From NCBI GenBank assembly GCA_041498975.1, contig JBGQJI010000002.1, forward strand, positions 1-53,331: 53,331 bases of DNA, in the 5' to 3' direction. Position numbers and translations under genes: made by a program. Numbering within the stretch: the first letter of the stretch is position 1; every line of letters starts with the position of its first letter. Below, in pieces: positions 48,031-53,331 of the stretch. Under the pieces are notes generated by a model that saw nothing but the letters and a program-made list of their open reading frames with translations, did not search any database and was not told where the DNA came from. The DNA is from Candidatus Methylomirabilis sp. Its GTDB lineage: Bacteria; Methylomirabilota; Methylomirabilia; Methylomirabilales; Methylomirabilaceae.

Positions 48031-49257
48031 TTACGCCTCCTTCGGGGCTGGCGCCTTCGTGATCAAGGCCAGGAGAATCCCAGCCACGCAGAGGGCTGAC
48101 AGGATCCAGAATGCCCCCACGAAGCTCCCGGTTTGCTGCCGTACCTGAGCGCCGATGATTGGGCCCATGACCCCCGCCGCGCCCCACGCGCTGAAGACCA
48201 AGCCGTAGTTGAGTCCCAGGTTCTTGGTCCCGAAGTAGTCGGCCGTGTAGGAGGGCATCAGGGCCAGGTAGCCGCCGTAGGCAAAGCCGACCATGCTTAT
48301 GCCGGTCGTGTACATACCGAAAGTGTCGGCGCCTCTCAGGACGCCCAGCAAGGCCACGATGTAGACAGCGAACGCCAGCATCGTCGCGTTGCTCCGGCCG
48401 ATTTTGTCGGAGATCGCGCCGAAGGCGGGCCTCCCGAGGCCGTTAAAGATGGCCATGATCCCCAGCGCACCGGCCGCCACCCCTGGCGTAAGCTTCGCCA
48501 GCTCAACGCCCATCGGCACCGCCTGTGAGATCGCCATGAGCCCTACGCCGGCGCCGAAGAGGTAGATGAACCAGAGAAGGTAGAACTGGATGGTTCCCGC
48601 CATCTCCGATGGCGCGTAGTCGTCCTTCTTCGCCTTGACGCCGGCCGCTGGCGCTGGCGGGCTCCAGCCTGCCGGCTTATACCCGGCCGGGGGGTTTCGG
48701 AGCATGGCCCCTGCCAGCGCCGTCAAGACGCCGAAGACCACCCCGAAAAGGGCGAAGGTGTTCAGAACTCCCATCTGCGCGATTAACCTGGTCCCTACTG
48801 GAGCACCAATCATCGACCCCGCGCCAAATCCCAGGACGGCGAGCCCGGTGATGAACCCCCGCATGTCGGGGAACCACTTGACGCAGACCGCGATGGGCGT
48901 CACGTAGGCAAAGCCAACCCCGAGCCCAGCCAGGACACCGTAGGCGACGTAGAGGCCTCCAAGTGTGCCCCCGATCTGACTGGCGAGCAGGAAGCCCGCA
49001 CCGAGGAGGATCCCCCCTGTGATCGCGACTTTCCTGGGCCCAGCCTTGTCTTGCCACCGGCCCGCAAACACCATCCCCACGGCGAAGAACACCACCGACA
49101 ACGTGAACGGAACCGTCGCCTCCTTAATCGTCCAGCCGTATGTCTTCATCAGCGGGGACCGGAAGATGCTCCAGGTGTAAAGATTTCCGAGGCACATCTG
49201 CATGATGAGCGCCCACACCACAAACATCCAACGATTTGGAAGCCTCTCCTCCGCCAT
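48031..49257 (-). CDS. OFA family MFS transporter (oxalate/formate antiporter-like monocarboxylate carrier)
   Basis: LYTWSIF, GRWQDKAGPR, KWFPD.RG, FNGLGR..FG.ISDKIGR, DYFGTKN.G.NYG. Confidence 0.9.
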   Translation of the reverse strand: MAEERLPNRWMFVVWALIMQMCLGNLYTWSIFRSPLMKTYGWTIKEATVPFTLSVVFFAVGMVFAGRWQDKAGPRKVAITGGILLGAGFLLASQIGGTLGGLYVAYGVLAGLGVGFAYVTPIAVCVKWFPDMRGFITGLAVLGFGAGSMIGAPVGTRLIAQMGVLNTFALFGVVFGVLTALAGAMLRNPPAGYKPAGWSPPAPAAGVKAKKDDYAPSEMAGTIQFYLLWFIYLFGAGVGLMAISQAVPMGVELAKLTPGVAAGALGIMAIFNGLGRPAFGAISDKIGRSNATMLAFAVYIVALLGVLRGADTFGMYTTGISMVGFAYGGYLALMPSYTADYFGTKNLGLNYGLVFSAWGAAGVMGPIIGAQVRQQTGSFVGAFWILSALCVAGILLALITKAPAPKEA

Positions 49258-49748
49258 TTTCCCCCCCCTTTTGTGATTCGGTCTTGGGAACAGACAGCCA
49301 CAACCCGATGGACCCCTTCTCCTCCTGGGAATATCGATCGTCTGATATAGTCCCTGCTATCACCCCCCAACCCCAAAGCCCCACACCCGGCCGACTGTTT
49401 CTATCAAACTCGCAAGAGGTGTGTCAAGAGAAATTTATAAACCTGTTTTACTTTTTGAGCTGAGATATGATGAGAACCTCCAAAACCCTGCCACATCCCC
49501 AACTCGCTCATCGGTGAATCAGCCAAGAAAGGCGCCGCCGCCCGGCAAAGGATTCGAAGTCCTAAACATCCTGTTCGGTGGCATTGATCTAAAATCTCGT
49601 TTGATTTCACTATGCACTCAGGCTCAGGTGAGCATGATCGTTGCCCCCAGATGGCTCGAGGCGCAGAACCCGTGCAGCAGCGATGAACCCGCCGGCGCGC
49701 ACGCTGCGCAGACAACCAGACCCGTGCGTTGAAGGGAGGGGCAATTCC

Positions 49749-50483
49749 GTGATACAGTCAGTAGCGCTTCCAGTGAACCAGTCAGAGAAGGGGGAACGTG
49801 TGGAGCTCGGCGATACCGATATTCCGGGCATCTTCATTACAGCCCGCGCATTTCACCGGCTCAAACTCCTGTTGAGGCTATGTCCAGCCGAGATAGCCGG
49901 CCTGGGGTCTGTCACACCATACCCGCAAGGATTCCTGATTCAGGACGTCTTCGTTCTGCCACAGCTCGTCACGGACTCCGAGGCCGAGCTGGATCAGGAA
50001 GCCCTTTTCGGCTTCCTCGCCAAATTCGTCGGCGACGGCGGCGACCCGTCCTCCATTCAACTCTGGTGGCACAGCCATGGCGGCGGCGACGTCTACTGGA
50101 GTGACACCGACCTCGAGACGATCGAACGCTTTCCTGGACTCCGGGTGATCTCTGTCGTGGGGAACCGTCAGGGTGAACTGCTTTGTCGGCTGGACCTCTT
50201 CGCTCCCCGACGCGAGCGAATGGAGAACCTCTCCCTCGTTGAAGAGGCTTGCGCCGAGGCACCGTTGGAACTCGAGTCCCTCCGCCAAGAGGTCCTGGCC
50301 GAGATCAGGACGAAGGTCAGACTACGCCTTCCAATGGAGCCCCTCGTGGACCATGAAGGGGTGGTGAGCTTGATTTCATATGCGGGCTATGAGGTCCCGG
50401 TCGAGCCGAGCGAGGAAGGAGTGGCAGAAGTTGGGGAGCCAGGCGGGGGGCAACCAGCAATCGCTGAGGGCTCACCGGGGTGA
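49749..50483 (+). CDS. JAB/MPN+ (JAMM) domain protein
   Basis: E (PAEIAGLG) ... WWHSH ... WSDTD metal motif; SD GGGAGG before GTG. Confidence 0.72.
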   Translation: MIQSVALPVNQSEKGERVELGDTDIPGIFITARAFHRLKLLLRLCPAEIAGLGSVTPYPQGFLIQDVFVLPQLVTDSEAELDQEALFGFLAKFVGDGGDPSSIQLWWHSHGGGDVYWSDTDLETIERFPGLRVISVVGNRQGELLCRLDLFAPRRERMENLSLVEEACAEAPLELESLRQEVLAEIRTKVRLRLPMEPLVDHEGVVSLISYAGYEVPVEPSEEGVAEVGEPGGGQPAIAEGSPG

Positions 50484-52004
50484 ACGGCGGTCCAGGGTTC
50501 GGTATTGGATGGCCTCGGCGAGGTGGTCGGTGCGGATCGCGTCGTGGCCCTCGAGATCGGCGATGGTGCGAGCGACTTTGAGGATCCTGTCATGGGCCCG
50601 GGCCGACAGCCCCAGCCGCTCGATCGCGGTCTCGAGGAGCCGCTGCCCATCCGGGCCGACCGAGCAGGCTCGCCGGAGTTGCTTGGTGCCCATCTGGGCG
50701 TTGCAGAAGGTCCGAGTCCGCCGGAACCGGTCATGCTGGAGAGCCCGGGCCCGCTTCACCCGCTCCCGTACCGCCTCGGAGCTCTCCCCCTGCGTTTCCG
50801 CCGCAAGCTCCCGATAGCGCAACGACGGGACATCGACGTGCAGGTCGATCCGGTCGAGGAGGGGCCCCGAGATCCGGGACCGGTATCGCTCGATTTGTGG
50901 AGGGGAACAGGTGCAGTCGCGCTGCGGGTCGGTGAAATAGCCACAGGGACAGGGGTTCATGGCGGCAGCCAGCATAAACCTTGCGGGGAAGGTCACGGAG
51001 GTCACCGCGCGGGAGATGGTCACGACCCCGTCCTCAAGCGGCTGACGCAACACCTCCAGGACGCTCCGCTTGAATTCCGGGAACTCATCCAGGAAGAGCA
51101 CGCCGTGGTGGGCCAGACTCACCTCGCCAGGCCGTGGGATGGTCCCGCCTCCAATCAGCCCTGCATCCGAGATGGTGTGGTGAGGCGCCCGGAAAGGTCG
51201 CGTCGCGATCAGGGCGGCGCGACCCGGCAGCAGGCCACAGATGGAGTGAAGCTTGGTTACCTCGATTGCCTCTTCGAGGATCAGATCAGGGAGGATAGTG
51301 GGCAGGCGCTTTGCCAGCATCGTCTTGCCGGACCCGGGCGGCCCGATCAGCAGGATGTTGTGACCTCCGGCGGCCGCCACCTCCAGCGCACGTTTCGCGT
51401 GGGCCTGCCCTTTCACATCGGTTAAATCAACCGAATACTCAGCATGCTGAGCGAAAACCTCCTGGAGGTTAATTCGCGTGGGAGGCACTTCCTGGGCGGC
51501 GTTCAGGAATTCCACCACCTGCGGCAGTGTCTCGACACCGAAGATCTGAATCCCTTCCACGACGGCCGCCTCCGGGGCGTTCTCCGCTGGCAGGATCATC
51601 CCAGCAAGCCCGGCTTGAGCGGCTGAGACAGCCATCGGCAGCGCGCCTCGAATCGACCGGATCCCGCCGTCCAGCGACAGTTCTCCGAGGATCACAAGGT
51701 TCTTGAGCCGGTCGTGCCGGATGACGCCCGTCGCCGCCAGGATGCCGCAAGCCGTCGGCAGATCGAAGCATGCCCCCTCTTTCTTGATGTCGGCCGGGGC
51801 CAGGTTCACGGTGATCCGACGCGACGGAAAGTCGAAGCCCGAGTTCTTGATGGCCGCCTTGACCCGATCGCGGCTTTCCTTGACGGAGGTATCCGGCAAG
51901 CCAACGGTGTTAAAGGTGGGCAGCCCCATGCCGATGTCCACCTCGACTTCGACCAGGTAGGCATCCACTCCCAGGACAGCGCTCGACAACACCTTGGCCA
52001 GCAT
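50472..52004 (-). CDS. comM: YifB/ComM Mg-chelatase-like AAA+ ATPase
   Basis: [56 protein letters not shown]. Confidence 0.95.
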   Translation of the reverse strand: MLAKVLSSAVLGVDAYLVEVEVDIGMGLPTFNTVGLPDTSVKESRDRVKAAIKNSGFDFPSRRITVNLAPADIKKEGACFDLPTACGILAATGVIRHDRLKNLVILGELSLDGGIRSIRGALPMAVSAAQAGLAGMILPAENAPEAAVVEGIQIFGVETLPQVVEFLNAAQEVPPTRINLQEVFAQHAEYSVDLTDVKGQAHAKRALEVAAAGGHNILLIGPPGSGKTMLAKRLPTILPDLILEEAIEVTKLHSICGLLPGRAALIATRPFRAPHHTISDAGLIGGGTIPRPGEVSLAHHGVLFLDEFPEFKRSVLEVLRQPLEDGVVTISRAVTSVTFPARFMLAAAMNPCPCGYFTDPQRDCTCSPPQIERYRSRISGPLLDRIDLHVDVPSLRYRELAAETQGESSEAVRERVKRARALQHDRFRRTRTFCNAQMGTKQLRRACSVGPDGQRLLETAIERLGLSARAHDRILKVARTIADLEGHDAIRTDHLAEAIQYRTLDRRSPR

Positions 52005-52283
52005 CGTGATCCTTCGCTCGCTACTTCAGGCCGAAGAGGAGGGGATGGTGGCAGGAGAACTCGTTTAGGACATCACAGCTCACCGCCGCGAACTTCTTCT
52101 GGATGGCGCCGATCCCGTTGCCAAGCAGGAAGAGGGTTGTCCAGACCACGGGAAGAAGCACCAGAGCTCGTCGAGGTTGACAGGGCGTTCCTGAATCCGC
52201 AAAAGATACATCAACATCCCAGACGATACAACGCGCCCCGGCGTCCTGGATGGCCGGTTGCCTGACGGGAGGAGCCTACGGTG

Positions 52284-52379
52284 TCAGGAACCTAAGAGCG
52301 CCCAGAGCACGCCCAGAATCGCAAGGGCCCCCAGCACAATCATTGACCAGTGGCTCCGCAGATGGTTGATCGGGGCCAT
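52284..52379 (-). CDS. 31-aa single-TM small ORF (or N-terminus of a decayed gene)
   Basis: MAPINHLRSHWSMIVLGALAILGVLWALLGS; SD GGAGG 9 nt upstream. Confidence 0.5.
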   Translation of the reverse strand: MAPINHLRSHWSMIVLGALAILGVLWALLGS

Positions 52380-52457
52380 CCCTTTCATCCTCCGTGAGAG
52401 GTGCGGACCTGACCTATCTTTCCCCCGTCTCCCCCTCTCCAGCCGCCATCCGCCGGG

Positions 52458-52847
52458 TCAAAAGATGGCGGTTCCCCCACTGCCAAATGCGTCCCGGATT
52501 AGGAGGATCTGCGGCCGTTCGGTGCTCTCCCTCTCAAACGTCACCGCCACCACGTCAAAGCGACAGGCCGCCTCGGCAAGCCCCTCTCGCTGCAGATACA
52601 CCCCTGCGGCCTTGAGTATCTGCCGCTGCTTTGTCAGCGTGACCGAGGATTGAGGCGGCCCGAACTCGAGAGACGCGCGGGCCTTCACCTCCACGAAGAC
52701 GACCACATCCCCCTCCAGGGCGATGAGATCGATCTCGCCGAGGGGGGTGGAATAGTTCTCGCGCAGGATTCGATAGCCATTGGCCTTCAGGAATGCTTTC
52801 GCCGCCCGCTCCCCTTCGGCCCCCAGTCGCAGCCTTGCGCTTCTCAT
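52458..52847 (-). CDS. yraN: YraN family nuclease
   Basis: GAEGE..A..FL, GEIDLIA, FVEVKAR, RFDVV. Confidence 0.93.
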   Translation of the reverse strand: MRSARLRLGAEGERAAKAFLKANGYRILRENYSTPLGEIDLIALEGDVVVFVEVKARASLEFGPPQSSVTLTKQRQILKAAGVYLQREGLAEAACRFDVVAVTFERESTERPQILLIRDAFGSGGTAIF

Positions 52848-52860
52848 TCGCCGGCCCCGG

Positions 52861-53331
52861 CTACCACTGCCCTCGCACGCCCCGGAAGGTCTTCCTGTGG
52901 AGCGGACTGGCCCCGTACCGGGCAATGGCCACCAGGTGGTCCCTGGTGCCGTACCCTTTGTGCCGGCCGAATCCGTACTGCGGGAGGGCGTGATCATATG
53001 CCTGCATGATTCGATCACGGGCAACTTTGGCGAGGATGGACGCAGCGGAGATGGAGAAGCACAGACGATCGCCTGAAGGGATAACACGATGAGGGATGGA
53101 ACAGCCGGGGGATTGATTGCCGTCGATCAGGACAAAATCCGGAGGAGGATCGAGGGCATCAATGGCTTGCCGCATGGCCTGGAATGTCGCTTGAAGGATA
53201 TTGATCGCATCGATGACCTCCTCCTGGACCACGCCGAACCCGACGGACAGGGCTTCTGCCCTGATAGCCCTGTCAAGAGCTTCCCGCCGGCGCGCGCTGA
53301 GCCTCTTGGAATCATCGATCCCGGCGATGAC
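52861..53331 (-). CDS. rnhB: Ribonuclease HII (5'-truncated by window)
   Basis: DDSKRLS, IDAINILQAT, LIDGN, SAASILAKVARD, HKGYGT, HRKTF. Confidence 0.95.
   Translation of the reverse strand, partial: VIAGIDDSKRLSARRREALDRAIRAEALSVGFGVVQEEVIDAINILQATFQAMRQAIDALDPPPDFVLIDGNQSPGCSIPHRVIPSGDRLCFSISAASILAKVARDRIMQAYDHALPQYGFGRHKGYGTRDHLVAIARYGASPLHRKTFRGVRGQW

Noticed and set aside
1..53331. CRISPR array, tRNA, rRNA or IS transposase
   Set aside because: No regularly spaced repeats or recognisable genes found; the tRNA-like sequence at 43441 belongs to tmRNA
53127..53331. Frameshift in rnhB
   Set aside because: The frame is open to the window edge; the ORF track simply chose an internal start

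Overview
GC-rich bacterial chromosomal window. Gene content and style suggest an NC10/Methylomirabilota-like organism, but that is inference only. Most of it is housekeeping or envelope maintenance: a partial MetE-like enzyme, MATE, ccdA, two M16 peptidase pairs, two HtrA/DegP proteases, lemA-htpX, rodZ, rmuC, a UvrD-nuclease fusion, queCE, chrA, ssrA-smpB, pal, comM-yraN and rnhB. Three regions stand out. (1) A copper operon with a CsoR-type operator (csoR, geranylgeranyl-reductase-like gene, copA, PCYCGC protein, YHS protein). The PCYCGC gene has an in-frame UGA at a Cys position (UxxC) followed by a SECIS-like hairpin, so it is probably a selenoprotein that the ORF track truncates. (2) Directly downstream is an eroded integron: a 19-codon relic resembling an IntI C-terminus, co-oriented with the cassettes, an attI-like site, and three attC-bounded cassettes (toxin-antitoxin pair with a frameshifted toxin, a pseudogenised zinc-ribbon gene, an intact Mrr-like nuclease). 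It is bracketed by a duplicated YHS 3' end. (3) A Fur-boxed cluster fur, FTR1, beta-barrel, Tat FMN-binding protein, signal-less ApbE and a His-bearing membrane protein, which is a candidate flavinylation-based iron-uptake system. Several small ORFs below the track cutoff, a carbonic anhydrase pseudogene and an orphan JAB-domain gene are also present. All family calls come from motif recognition by eye; no database searches were run.
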